DNA of 64,000 nucleotides from Fibrobacterales bacterium (lineage in GTDB: Bacteria; Fibrobacterota; Fibrobacteria; Fibrobacterales; JAOPTW01), in NCBI GenBank assembly GCA_051532055.1, contig JAOPTX010000044.1, positions 1 through 64,000 of the forward strand. Reading direction: 5' to 3'. This document shows positions 18,102 to 27,911 of this stretch, piece after piece. The position numbers and the translations under genes were made by a program. Numbering within the stretch: position 1 is the first letter of the stretch; each line of letters opens with the position of its first letter. A model generated the notes under the pieces. It was not told the origin of the DNA. It searched no databases and saw only the letters and a list, made by a program, of their open reading frames with translations.

Positions 18102-21062
18102 TTATCCTTTTCCACTTACGAGTTCTTCGAGACGTTGTCTCTGGCGCTCTTTATCAAGTTTAATTTCATATGCATCAATACCGACCTCTTTACCTTTATC
18201 AATGTATGATTGGTTAGCCATCGATGTGAGTGCCATTATGGGGAGGTCTTTACAGTTAGAGCTGGTTCTGATTTTCTGTGTGAGTTGAAATCCATCCATA
18301 CGGGGCATTTGAATATCAGTTACCAGAACATCAAATATTTCTCCTTTGGCAAGGTGTTCCCATGCTTCTTGGCCATCATTAGCAACGGTGAGAATTGCAC
18401 CATGAGATCTTAAAAAGTTGCCAACGACTTGTCTAAAAAAGTCGGTGTCTTCTGCAAAGAGTATTTTTTTACCTTCGAGAGTTTCAGTTTTCTGTACATC
18501 TTTCTCATAATGCTCAGGCGATATTTTTTCAAAGAGTGCATAGATATCGATAATGAGAGTCATGGTATCTTTGATTTTTGCACTTCCTAAAATACCAGGA
18601 GAGCTTATATTATCCTTTTCAAGTGATACATGGGTACGCAAGGTATCATCCAAGTTAGAACAGATAATTCCAAGTGGGTGTTTTACTAATTTTGGAATAA
18701 TAACATAACATTCATTACTTTCAGGAATGACCAGAGGAGAGACGGGAAGGTGATTGTCAAGTCGAATAGTTTTTAGAGATTTATCATTGAAATAGATAAA
18801 CTCATCTTCACCAACTTTCTCAATTTGGTCAATAGATATTTTCTCGACACGGGCAACAAGGTCGAGGTTCATTGCATAACGCTCTTTTCCGCCTGTATTA
18901 AAGAGAAGGAGCTCCTGTTTCTCAATCATACTTTTTGCTTCGGTCTCTTCTTTGAGTCGGTTAGATTCAATGTCGATATCCGAGAAACTCATCTGAGACA
19001 TCTCTGATAGTCCACCAGTATCAACAATCATCGCAACTGATCCATTGCCAAGTATTGCAGATCCTGAGTAACATTTCACTTTTTTCACATATTTTGAGAG
19101 AGGCTTTATAACGATCTCTTCATTGTCGTGAACCTCGTCAACAATGAGGCCATATCGATGTTCACCCACTTTGAGGACCAGAATATTAATCGCATTTCTT
19201 ACACTTTTTCTGCGATCTTTCTCTTGAGTACGACGCTCATTTTCCATTTTAGCTTGTTCTTCGGCGTCTATTGCCTCAGCCTCTTTAGCACTAAGGTTTT
19301 TTAAGTTTACGTCATGTCTTCTGTCCGAGAGCCTGTTTCGACGGTCTTCATGGGGTTCGCCGTCAGGTCCAGGGAAGATTGATTCTGTTTTGAGTGCATC
19401 CGAGAGGCGAACAAGAGGAAGTAAATTGCCTCTTAAAAAGAGTACTTCTGCGTTGTTAACATTCTTGATTTTCTCAGTGATTTCCGATGATCGGATGCGT
19501 ACAAGTTCTTCAAGGGCAATTTGTGGGATTGCAAATCTTCGTGCTGAAGCAGATACGATCAGTGCTGGTATAATTGCTAGGGTTAGAGGGAGACGCATAT
19601 ATATTTGCGTCCCTTTGCCTTCTTGTGATTCTACTTGAATGGAACCACCAAGAGCTTCAATGTTGGTTTTTACCACATCCATTCCTACGCCACGTCCTGA
19701 AACGGCACTAATTTCAGCTGCGGTTGAAAAGCCTGGAGCAAAGATAAGTTGATTCACTTCTTGTTCAGTCAAGGATTCCGCTTCATCAACGGTAATAATA
19801 TTTTTTTCAAGTGCTTTCTGAAGTACTTTACCTTGGTCGATACCGCCGCCATCATCAAGGATAGAGATATTGACTTTCCCCCCTTCGTGGTAGGCATTTA
19901 GATGGATAGTGCCTTCTCTTTCTTTGCCAGCAGCCTCACGTGATTCGGGGGCCTCGATACCGTGATCGACAGAATTTCTCACAAGATGTACCAGTGGGTC
20001 TGAAAGTTTTTCAATAATTGATTTATCTAGTTCAACGTCTTGACCATTGAGTTGAATAGCAATCTCTTTGCTCAGTTGTTTTGAGAGATCACGAACAATA
20101 CGAGGGAATTTATTAAAAAGTCCCCCAACGGTTTGCATACGGGTATTCATGATCTGTTCTTGTAGGTTGGTCGTTACACGATCGAGATTTTGAGTAATGC
20201 CCGCAATACCTGGTGAGTCCGAGATGGGGCTACTTGTTACTCCCATCATCAGTTGTTTAAGGTTTTCTATCCGGGTGGCAAGTTTGTTGAGGTCGAGATT
20301 ACCCGTTGATGATTTGCACTGTTCGGTGAGTTTATCTACTTCATTAAATATGGATGTGAAGTCTAAAATTTCACTGGTCTTTTTACTTAATATCTGTAAT
20401 AGTTGATTACGGTTCAGAACCAATTCCCCGGCATGATTCATAAGATGATTTAGTAAGCTTACTTTAACGCGGAGAGAATCTTTATCACCGGTGCCAGGGC
20501 TTGCCACTGCTTTTTCCGGGGGAGGCGTTGCTTCCGCTGGCTTGACTGCAGGTGGAGGGGGAGTGGGGGCTGGAGGGGTTGTCCCTGCAACGGTTGCCTC
20601 TGCTTCAGATGCTTCAGCAGCCGGCGCTGCTTCTTCTACTTTAGGAGCTTCAGGTGTTGGAGCGGCAGGAGCTGGAGTAGTGCCATCAATAAATGGTTGA
20701 AGCAATGCTACTTCTACATCGACATTAAGATTGTCAGACCCTTCAATATTATCTAATAGTTCTCGAAGTTTATCCATACAAGTGAGTGTAACATCTATTA
20801 ACTCTTTCGAGAGTTCTATTTTGTCACTTCTTAATTTATCAAAAACATTTTCCATGGAGTGGGTAAGTTTTGTAATTATCACCTTTCCAAAGAATCCGAA
20901 CCCGCCTTTAATACTATGTACTGCCCGAAAAATATCATTAATTTCATCGGGTGAACAGGAGAGGCTCTGCTCCATATTGAGCAAAATCGGTTCAATGTTA
21001 TTCATGTGCTCGGTTGACTCGAGTACCAGTTCGTTGAGAAGCTCTAAATCTTCATCTGACAT
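18102..21062 (-). CDS. cheA: Hybrid chemotaxis kinase CheA (HPt, Pro/Ala linker, dimerisation, HATPase, two CheW-like domains, REC)
   Basis: IFRAVHSIKG, HLVRNSVDHGIE, FAPGFSTA..SGRGVGMDVV, LPLTLAI; C-terminal receiver. Confidence 0.96.
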   Translation of the reverse strand: MSDEDLELLNELVLESTEHMNNIEPILLNMEQSLSCSPDEINDIFRAVHSIKGGFGFFGKVIITKLTHSMENVFDKLRSDKIELSKELIDVTLTCMDKLRELLDNIEGSDNLNVDVEVALLQPFIDGTTPAPAAPTPEAPKVEEAAPAAEASEAEATVAGTTPPAPTPPPPAVKPAEATPPPEKAVASPGTGDKDSLRVKVSLLNHLMNHAGELVLNRNQLLQILSKKTSEILDFTSIFNEVDKLTEQCKSSTGNLDLNKLATRIENLKQLMMGVTSSPISDSPGIAGITQNLDRVTTNLQEQIMNTRMQTVGGLFNKFPRIVRDLSKQLSKEIAIQLNGQDVELDKSIIEKLSDPLVHLVRNSVDHGIEAPESREAAGKEREGTIHLNAYHEGGKVNISILDDGGGIDQGKVLQKALEKNIITVDEAESLTEQEVNQLIFAPGFSTAAEISAVSGRGVGMDVVKTNIEALGGSIQVESQEGKGTQIYMRLPLTLAIIPALIVSASARRFAIPQIALEELVRIRSSEITEKIKNVNNAEVLFLRGNLLPLVRLSDALKTESIFPGPDGEPHEDRRNRLSDRRHDVNLKNLSAKEAEAIDAEEQAKMENERRTQEKDRRKSVRNAINILVLKVGEHRYGLIVDEVHDNEEIVIKPLSKYVKKVKCYSGSAILGNGSVAMIVDTGGLSEMSQMSFSDIDIESNRLKEETEAKSMIEKQELLLFNTGGKERYAMNLDLVARVEKISIDQIEKVGEDEFIYFNDKSLKTIRLDNHLPVSPLVIPESNECYVIIPKLVKHPLGIICSNLDDTLRTHVSLEKDNISSPGILGSAKIKDTMTLIIDIYALFEKISPEHYEKDVQKTETLEGKKILFAEDTDFFRQVVGNFLRSHGAILTVANDGQEAWEHLAKGEIFDVLVTDIQMPRMDGFQLTQKIRTSSNCKDLPIMALTSMANQSYIDKGKEVGIDAYEIKLDKERQRQRLEELVSGKG

Positions 21063-21096
21063 ATCACAAAACTCGCAAATTCTATTTCATCATCAT

Positions 21097-21125
21097 ATTG
21101 TATTGTTAATGAAATGGTAAGTCAA
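21097..21125 (-). promoter_or_regulatory. Sigma70-type promoter of the che operon
   Basis: TTGACT-17 bp-TACAAT on the - strand, about 35 bp upstream of the cheA ATG. Confidence 0.6.
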
Positions 21126-21243
21126 GGTAATTGTCAGAGAAAAATATCAAATCAATATTGGAAAAAGGCTTATTTAATCTTTAAAGGGCTTTCTTATTTA
21201 CAAAAAGGTCATTAAGCTCATTTGAATTGACAATTTCGATATA

Positions 21244-22128
21244 TCATGAACGGCTTCTGGGGTGAAACTGTCCATGTACTTCTTTGATGTAGTCATTGTT
21301 GAGGTGTGTGTATATTTGAGTTGTGGTGATATCTGAATGGCCAAGAAGTTCTTGAAGAACCCGTAGATCTATTCCTCCCTCGAGCATATGTGTAGCATAG
21401 GAGTGCCTGAGGGTGTGAGGTGAAATTTTTTTATCTAAGTGTGCAGAGTGTTTTTGAACTATTTTCCAAGCACCCATGCGTGAGAGAGGAGCGCCCCTCA
21501 GGTTGAGGAGAGCGATGTCGGTGTTAGGCTTTAAAGATGGTCGGAACTCTGTAATGTATTCCATTAGGGTATTCATGGGCCCTTGTCCGAGAGGAACAAG
21601 ACGAGTCTTGTTACCTTTTCCTACAACTTGAAGCAACCCTTCCTCTTGGTCGATATGGGCTAGAGGTAAGGTAATGGCCTCTGAGATGCGAAGACCTCCA
21701 CTATATAAAAGCTCAAATAAGACGAGGTCCCGTAGCGCACCCTTTTTGGTTTTATCAATTGTATCAAATATTGAGCTTATTTCGTCGTGTGTTAGGCAAA
21801 CGGGAAGATACCGGGAAATCTTAGGGGAATCCAGGAGTGCAGTGGGGTTGTGGTCTATATATCCATGGCTATTGAGGAATGAGTAGAAATTACGTAAGCT
21901 CGATGCATGCCGGGCAATGGAGGTTGCTTCATATTCCCGTTCTGAAAGTTGCTGAATGTACTCCTCCAGAAGGCACTCAGGAATAGTGATGGTGCCTGTG
22001 CCTTGTGTGGCACAAAAACGGATAAAAGATTCGAGATCCAGTGTGTAGGACTCAAGTGATGCGGGTGAGAGGTTTTTCTCAAGTGCGATATATGCTTTAT
22101 AGAGGTCGAGTGCCCTTATGAAATCCAT
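21244..22128 (-). CDS. xerD: Site-specific tyrosine recombinase XerD
   Basis: 294 aa; LYSGGLRISE, GKGNKTRLVP, SPHTLRHSYATHML, LLGHSDITTTQIYTH. Confidence 0.88.
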   Translation of the reverse strand: MDFIRALDLYKAYIALEKNLSPASLESYTLDLESFIRFCATQGTGTITIPECLLEEYIQQLSEREYEATSIARHASSLRNFYSFLNSHGYIDHNPTALLDSPKISRYLPVCLTHDEISSIFDTIDKTKKGALRDLVLFELLYSGGLRISEAITLPLAHIDQEEGLLQVVGKGNKTRLVPLGQGPMNTLMEYITEFRPSLKPNTDIALLNLRGAPLSRMGAWKIVQKHSAHLDKKISPHTLRHSYATHMLEGGIDLRVLQELLGHSDITTTQIYTHLNNDYIKEVHGQFHPRSRS

Positions 22129-22168
22129 TTTTTTACATTTATTCCGAAATCATTAATAGAAATGTAAA

Positions 22169-23146
22169 ATGTTACTTCAAAATTTCCCTGTAATAGATCT
22201 CTTTCTTCTCATTTTTGGCTTTCTTGTGCTCATCAAAGGGGCTGACTATCTTATCGATGGGGCGAGTGATATCGCTGGACGGCTTGGGATTTCTGAAGTA
22301 GTTATTGGTATGACTATTATTGCCCTTGGCACTTCGGCACCTGAACTCGTAGTAAACCTTATTGCAAGTTTTAAGGGATCGTCTGATATAGCTCTTGGCA
22401 ATGTACTGGGGAGTAATGTTGCCAATATATTTCTAGGACTTGGCGCAGCAGCAATAATTTTTCCTGTTGTTGTTGACCGGAAGATTGCCTCCGTAGAAAT
22501 CCCCATGAGTGTTGGTGCGGTAGTACTCCTTATAGGGAGTGTATTGTTACTGAGTTCCCCTGCACAATATCAGATTACTCGTATAGCTGGTGGAATCCTC
22601 GTGGGGGCATTTGTAGCGTTTCTTATCTGGACATTCAAATGCCGCAATGAGACTGACGATCTAGAAGTGCACCATGGCAAATCTATGGTGCGTGCATCAG
22701 TCGGAGCTATTGTGGGGCTCGGCGGGTTGGCCTTAGGAGGGCACTGGATTGTCGAAGGCTCTGTTACTCTCGCATCCTATTTTAATATGAGTGAGGCTCT
22801 TATAGGGCTAACTATTGTGGCTATTGGGACATCCCTCCCCGAAGTTGCAACAACGGTTATGGCTGCGCGAAAGGGCAAGACCTCTATGGCCATAGGTAAT
22901 ATTGTTGGGTCTAATATATTTAACCTTCTTTGGGTGCTAGGTTGTAGCTCGCTTATACTGCCATTAAACCTCTCTCGGTGGAGTTTTCAAGATATGTACC
23001 TTGTTATTGGAGTAACAGGTATATTGATGATTTCACTCTTTTTGACAAAGAAACGCTTTGAAATCAGTAAATTATGGGGCTATCTATTTATTTTAGGGTA
23101 CCTATTTTATACATTCTACCTCATATTCCGTGAGGGAATAATTTAA
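22169..23146 (+). CDS. Ca2+/Na+ antiporter (YrbG/CaCA family)
   Basis: Two alpha repeats, GTSAPE...GNVLGSN and GTSLPE...GNIVGSN. Confidence 0.9.
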   Translation: MLLQNFPVIDLFLLIFGFLVLIKGADYLIDGASDIAGRLGISEVVIGMTIIALGTSAPELVVNLIASFKGSSDIALGNVLGSNVANIFLGLGAAAIIFPVVVDRKIASVEIPMSVGAVVLLIGSVLLLSSPAQYQITRIAGGILVGAFVAFLIWTFKCRNETDDLEVHHGKSMVRASVGAIVGLGGLALGGHWIVEGSVTLASYFNMSEALIGLTIVAIGTSLPEVATTVMAARKGKTSMAIGNIVGSNIFNLLWVLGCSSLILPLNLSRWSFQDMYLVIGVTGILMISLFLTKKRFEISKLWGYLFILGYLFYTFYLIFREGII

Positions 23147-23159
23147 CACTAAGGAAACT

Positions 23160-23897
23160 ATGAAAATTGTATTGGCGGTATTGATTACCTGTTCTCTTTC
23201 ATTTGCAGGTGTTGCAATGAAAGGCTTGAACGTTACAGGTTCTGATAAACAAGATATTGAGATTAAACTTTCTGACGCTGGGGTTAAAATTGACATTACC
23301 TCTAAGAAAACAGATCAGACTATCATTTTTAAAGCCGATAAATTTCTTTTTTGGATTATTAATAACCAGAAGAAATCATATGTTGAGTTTACTAAGCAAG
23401 ATCTCGATAACATCAAACAGCAGTTGGCAATGTTACAAGCTCAGATGAAAAACATGCCAAAAGCACAGCGTGATATGATGGCTCAGATGATGGGGGGAGC
23501 GCTTCCTAGTGCTGACGCCAAAGTTGAGTTAAAGCTCAAGAAAAAAGGTGCAAAGTCTGGTGCGTGGTTATGTAACGAGTATAACGAAGTAACAAATGGC
23601 GCGATAACATCACTTCTTTGCCTTACTCCAATTAAAGCTCTTGGACTGACAATGGCGGATTTCTCTTCTCTTAAACAACTCTCTTCGTATATGGAAGATC
23701 TCGCGAAGCAGAACAAACAAGCTGAATTAGCTCAGTATTTTAGCGAAGATATTTTAAAAACAAAAGGATTTCCTGTGCGAGTAACCTCTAAAAAAGGTGA
23801 AAAGAGTGAAGTTACTTGGCAGAGTATTAAAAAAGAAGAAGTTGCGAAAAGCACATTTGCTCTTCCAGCTGGGCTTAAAAAAGAAGCTGGTCTCTAA
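23160..23897 (+). CDS. Exported protein, DUF4412-like
   Basis: Signal peptide; INNQKKSYVE, Met/Gln-rich helix, GFPVR and F.LPAG.KK C-terminus. Confidence 0.65.
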   Translation: MKIVLAVLITCSLSFAGVAMKGLNVTGSDKQDIEIKLSDAGVKIDITSKKTDQTIIFKADKFLFWIINNQKKSYVEFTKQDLDNIKQQLAMLQAQMKNMPKAQRDMMAQMMGGALPSADAKVELKLKKKGAKSGAWLCNEYNEVTNGAITSLLCLTPIKALGLTMADFSSLKQLSSYMEDLAKQNKQAELAQYFSEDILKTKGFPVRVTSKKGEKSEVTWQSIKKEEVAKSTFALPAGLKKEAGL

Positions 23898-23932
23898 ATA
23901 CACTCTTCCTTAATGCCAAATTGTGGAATATC

Positions 23933-23960
23933 AGGGTAATTTGAATAAAATTACCCTTTT
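23933..23960 (+). terminator. Probable terminator
   Basis: agggtaattt-gaata-aaattaccct followed by T's. Confidence 0.55.
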
Positions 23961-24047
23961 CTATTCTCAAATCAGAAAATCTAAAATCTGAAACCTCATT
24001 CTTTTCTATATTTCACCCAAATTAACAAATAAGCGAAATGAGGCATT

Positions 24048-24251
24048 TTGGCCCGGTTTGTAATTGCACATTATTCCGAAAAGCAGGGAACAGTTCAAAA
24101 AGTTGTAGAACTTGAGAGCCAAGAAACTGCACTTCGCTTCTATTTTGAACAATATGCTCAAGAGTACTCCAATAATGAGGAAGGTTTCCTCTATTTCAAG
24201 GAAGACTTTTTTGATGAGTCTAAACCCATGGGCTCTATTACCGAGATTTAA
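24048..24251 (+). CDS. Small acidic hypothetical protein leading the glyQS operon
   Basis: GAGG RBS with TTG start; ends 11 bp before glyQS. Confidence 0.6.
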   Translation: MARFVIAHYSEKQGTVQKVVELESQETALRFYFEQYAQEYSNNEEGFLYFKEDFFDESKPMGSITEI

Positions 24252-24262
24252 AAAGGAACACG

Positions 24263-25654
24263 ATGGCTACAAAATTAATGGATTCACTGAAAGATATTGT
24301 ATCGCTCTGTAAAAGAAGAGGTTTTATCTTTGCCGGTTCTGAAATTTATGATGGACTTGCAAATACTTGGGACTATGGACCCTATGGTGTAGACCTTAAG
24401 AAAAACATTAAAGATCTGTGGTGGAAAAAATTTGTGACCACACGTCCTGATGTTGTAGGCTTAGATTCTTCAATTCTTCTCAACCCTAAAGTGTGGGAAG
24501 CGTCTGGTCACGTTGGTAACTTTTCGGATCCTCTTATGGATTGTAAAGAGTGTAAAGAACGTGTTCGCGGGGATCACCTTGTAGAAGCACACCTTGGTGA
24601 AGAAGCTGCTATTGGTAAAACTTTTGATGAAATATTTGCTTTAGTTACCGAAAATAAACTTCCCTGTCCAAGTTGTAAATCATGTGATTTCACAGAACCT
24701 CGTGCTTTTAACTTAATGTTTAAAACATCAATTGGTGTTGTTGAAGATAGCGCTCAAAGTGTATACCTCCGCCCTGAAACAGCACAAGGTATCTTCATTA
24801 ATTTTAAAACCATTGCTGAAAACTGTCGTCAAAAAATTCCTTTTGGTGTTGGCCAAATTGGTAAAAGCTTCAGAAATGAAATTACTCCAGGGAATTTTAT
24901 TTTTAGAACTCGTGAATTCGAACAGATGGAGATGGAGTACTTTTGCGAGCCAGGAACAGAGATCGAGTGGTATGACTTTTGGAAACAGTTCTGTATGGAT
25001 TGGTTAGTGAAAGACCTCGGTATTACTGGAGATAAATTAAGACTTCGTGCTCATACGGATAAAGAGCTTTCTCATTACTCTAATGCGACCGCAGATATTG
25101 AGTATGACTTTCCATTTGGTTGGGGTGAGCTTTGGGGTATTGCATCGAGAACTGACTTTGATTTGAATGCACACATGGAGCATTCTCGAAAAGACTTACG
25201 TTATCATGATCAAATAGAAAATAAAAAATATATCCCCTATGTAGTTGAGCCTGCACTTGGTGTTGATCGCCTACTTCTTACTGTGCTTGTTGATGCATAC
25301 GATGTTGAAAAGCTGGAAAATGGGGATGAGCGTGTGGTACTAAGATTTCATCCATCACTTGCTCCAGTAAAAGTTGCAGTGCTCCCTCTTTCTAAGAAAG
25401 AGCCGCTTCAGAGTAAAGCAAAAGGTATTTATCAAGATCTTTTGAAAAACTGGGGGGCTGAGTATGATGAGACACAATCAATTGGTAAACGGTATCGTAG
25501 ACAAGATGAGTTGGGAACACCACTGTGTGTGACTGTTGACTTTGATACTATTGATGATGAAAGTGTTACTGTTCGTGATCGTGATACCATGACACAAGAA
25601 CGTATTAAAATTTCTGATCTTCAATCTTACGTTTTTAATAAAATCAATGCCTAA
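24263..25654 (+). CDS. glyQS: Glycine--tRNA ligase, homodimeric (alpha2) type
   Basis: [58 protein letters not shown]. Confidence 0.97.
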   Translation: MATKLMDSLKDIVSLCKRRGFIFAGSEIYDGLANTWDYGPYGVDLKKNIKDLWWKKFVTTRPDVVGLDSSILLNPKVWEASGHVGNFSDPLMDCKECKERVRGDHLVEAHLGEEAAIGKTFDEIFALVTENKLPCPSCKSCDFTEPRAFNLMFKTSIGVVEDSAQSVYLRPETAQGIFINFKTIAENCRQKIPFGVGQIGKSFRNEITPGNFIFRTREFEQMEMEYFCEPGTEIEWYDFWKQFCMDWLVKDLGITGDKLRLRAHTDKELSHYSNATADIEYDFPFGWGELWGIASRTDFDLNAHMEHSRKDLRYHDQIENKKYIPYVVEPALGVDRLLLTVLVDAYDVEKLENGDERVVLRFHPSLAPVKVAVLPLSKKEPLQSKAKGIYQDLLKNWGAEYDETQSIGKRYRRQDELGTPLCVTVDFDTIDDESVTVRDRDTMTQERIKISDLQSYVFNKINA

Positions 25655-26660
25655 AAAAATTGCAGTTCTTATTGGGGGGCCGTCATTAGAGTATGACGTC
25701 TCTCTCGTTTCGGGGAGTGAAGTTGTAAGAAATCTCAACCAGAGTAAATACTCTGTTCTTCCCATTTGGATTAATCGTGATGGCAAGTGGCATTGGCCAT
25801 CTGGCCCGTTTTCAGCTGAGGAGTGTGAACATTTTTCAATTGATCATTTCTCAAGTCGCTTAGATTTGTGCACTGCAACCCCGCCATCGCTTAGCGAACT
25901 TCCCGTAATTGATTGTGCATTTTTGGCACTTCATGGTGCTTTTGGTGAAGATGGAAAAGTACAGAAGTTGATGGAAATTCTTGAAATTCCCTATACAGGT
26001 TCAGGGGTCACAGCATCGGCGCAGACATTGAATAAAATTTCTACTAAGAAAATCTATCAAGAAGCACTTATACCAACGCCTTCATGGGGTGTAATAGAGA
26101 AGTCACAATTTCGCCCATCAGATATAGGGGTGATTATTCAACAAATTCCTCTACCCCTAGTGATTAAAAATCCACTGGGTGGTTCTTCCATAGGTATTGG
26201 AATAGCTAAAAATGAAGCTGAGGCATTAGAAGTAATCGAACGCCTTTTTACTGATACTAATGAGCTTCTCGTTGAAGAGTTCATTTCAGGAAGAGAAGGA
26301 ACATCTGCCTATCTCGAAGGTAAAAACCCTCTTCCAGTGACAGAAATAATACCTGACACTGAATTTTTTGATTTTGAAGCTAAATATCAGGGTAAAAGTA
26401 AAGAAATAACCCCGGGTAAGTTTTCGCCCCAGGTAACAAAGAAGATGCAGATGTTCTCTGAAAAGAGTCATAAGGCTCTTGGAATGGAGGTATACTCCAG
26501 AACAGATTTTATGATCATCGATGATCAAGTATTGGCCCTTGAGACTAATTCATTGCCGGGACTTACGGCCCAGTCATTATTGCCACAGGCTGCAAAATAT
26601 GCAGGACTCAGCTTTTCACAGCTGCTCGACACAATTATTGAGGAGAGTTTTAAGAAATGA
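25647..26660 (+). CDS. ddl: D-alanine--D-alanine ligase
   Basis: [42 protein letters not shown]. Confidence 0.93.
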   Translation: MPKKIAVLIGGPSLEYDVSLVSGSEVVRNLNQSKYSVLPIWINRDGKWHWPSGPFSAEECEHFSIDHFSSRLDLCTATPPSLSELPVIDCAFLALHGAFGEDGKVQKLMEILEIPYTGSGVTASAQTLNKISTKKIYQEALIPTPSWGVIEKSQFRPSDIGVIIQQIPLPLVIKNPLGGSSIGIGIAKNEAEALEVIERLFTDTNELLVEEFISGREGTSAYLEGKNPLPVTEIIPDTEFFDFEAKYQGKSKEITPGKFSPQVTKKMQMFSEKSHKALGMEVYSRTDFMIIDDQVLALETNSLPGLTAQSLLPQAAKYAGLSFSQLLDTIIEESFKK

Positions 26661-27292
26661 AAGATTTAATTATTGAGACATCTCTCAGAGACGTTGCTCT
26701 TGGTATTTATATACAGGGCGAAGAGCTATTCCAAAAAAGAATAGAAAAGGGACGAGGTGAAATTTTAAGTGATCTTCTCGCTGAGGGGCTTACACAGAGT
26801 CACTCTACTATTGATGAAATTAAGCGAGTTCTTATAACACTAGGGCCTGGTTCATTTACGGGACTTCGTGTTGGGCTTGCATTTGCACAAGGGCTCTGTT
26901 TTAGTGGTAAAAGGGAGCTTTTTGCTGTTTCGACTCTTGCTGCATTAGCAACTGGGGTCCGGAGTGACTCTAAAAACATCATTCTTTGCCGATCAAAACC
27001 AGGTGTATATTATGTGGGCGTTCGAGATGCCCAAGAGCCATTAAGCAAGATGCTTTCAACTGAAGTCATCATGACTACTGAAGAATTGCAGGCATTTGTT
27101 CAACCGCATCACCATCTGCTCATTGATACTGAGATGGAGGCTGAAGTTTTGACTCATCTCTCTGCAGAGTCGGTCCAAGATCTATGGACTGATTTTTCAT
27201 TGAAGAATTACGCCCACTTTTTTGGGGTACTTGATCCTGTTGCCGTGGATAAGGCCATTCCAAACTATATTCAAGAGCCCTACGCTAAATAA
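26657..27292 (+). CDS. tsaB: tRNA t6A biosynthesis protein TsaB
   Basis: [17 protein letters not shown]. Confidence 0.9.
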   Translation: MKDLIIETSLRDVALGIYIQGEELFQKRIEKGRGEILSDLLAEGLTQSHSTIDEIKRVLITLGPGSFTGLRVGLAFAQGLCFSGKRELFAVSTLAALATGVRSDSKNIILCRSKPGVYYVGVRDAQEPLSKMLSTEVIMTTEELQAFVQPHHHLLIDTEMEAEVLTHLSAESVQDLWTDFSLKNYAHFFGVLDPVAVDKAIPNYIQEPYAK

Positions 27293-27476
27293 TAATTAAC
27301 GAGTAGAGAGTTCTAAGGTATCGAGAGTTAGCTGAAACTGTGTAATTTGTAACAGCGCTTACACTTGTTATTACCTAAATTGGTAGCAAATGGGGAAGTT
27401 TGAAATAATGTTCTACTCCCTGTACTGAATCACTATTGCTTGCTATCATCTGATGAATTTTTTCTAACTTTTTTTC

Positions 27477-27911
27477 ATGATAAATTTCCGCCCTTCCTGT
27501 GAAAATGATGGTGCCAGTATGGCTCAACTTGATTCCCAAAGAGGAAGTGATGCATGGAGCAAACAACAGTTTGAGTTTGAAATTAACAACCCGCTCTCTT
27601 CATGTATTGTGGTTGACGATTCAGCTGTGTACGCCTTCTCTATTATGAGAATGATGCCTCCTGAGGCAGAACTCCTTCTTATCGTCGTTGATAGTAAAAG
27701 ACGAGGAGAGGGAATTGGGAGTGCGTTATTGGACTATCATATCAATCGGATGAAGAAAGAGCATATTACATCCCTGTTTCTCGAAGTGAGAGAGGGGAAC
27801 GACACTGCGAAACGATTGTATAAACGAAATGGATTTACAACTGTAGGCACCCGAAAAGGGTATTACAACGATGGAGAGGCGGCAATGGTAATGAAATGGA
27901 TGCTATGTTAG
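27477..27911 (+). CDS. rimI: Ribosomal-protein-alanine N-acetyltransferase
   Basis: RRGEGIG, FLEVREGN..A..LY...GF...G.RKGYY; follows tsaB. Confidence 0.88.
   Translation: MINFRPSCENDGASMAQLDSQRGSDAWSKQQFEFEINNPLSSCIVVDDSAVYAFSIMRMMPPEAELLLIVVDSKRRGEGIGSALLDYHINRMKKEHITSLFLEVREGNDTAKRLYKRNGFTTVGTRKGYYNDGEAAMVMKWMLC

Noticed and set aside
20510..20700. GC-rich repetitive stretch with an antisense Gly/Ala ORF
   Set aside because: It is the Pro/Ala/Glu linker of CheA read on the other strand.
21244..22128. Second tyrosine recombinase as a possible mobile-element integrase
   Set aside because: Length and motifs match housekeeping XerD; no att repeats or cargo genes.
27294..27333. AATTAAC...GTTAGCT pair after tsaB
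   Set aside because: Only about 40 bp long, no L-box pairing, and in a housekeeping context.
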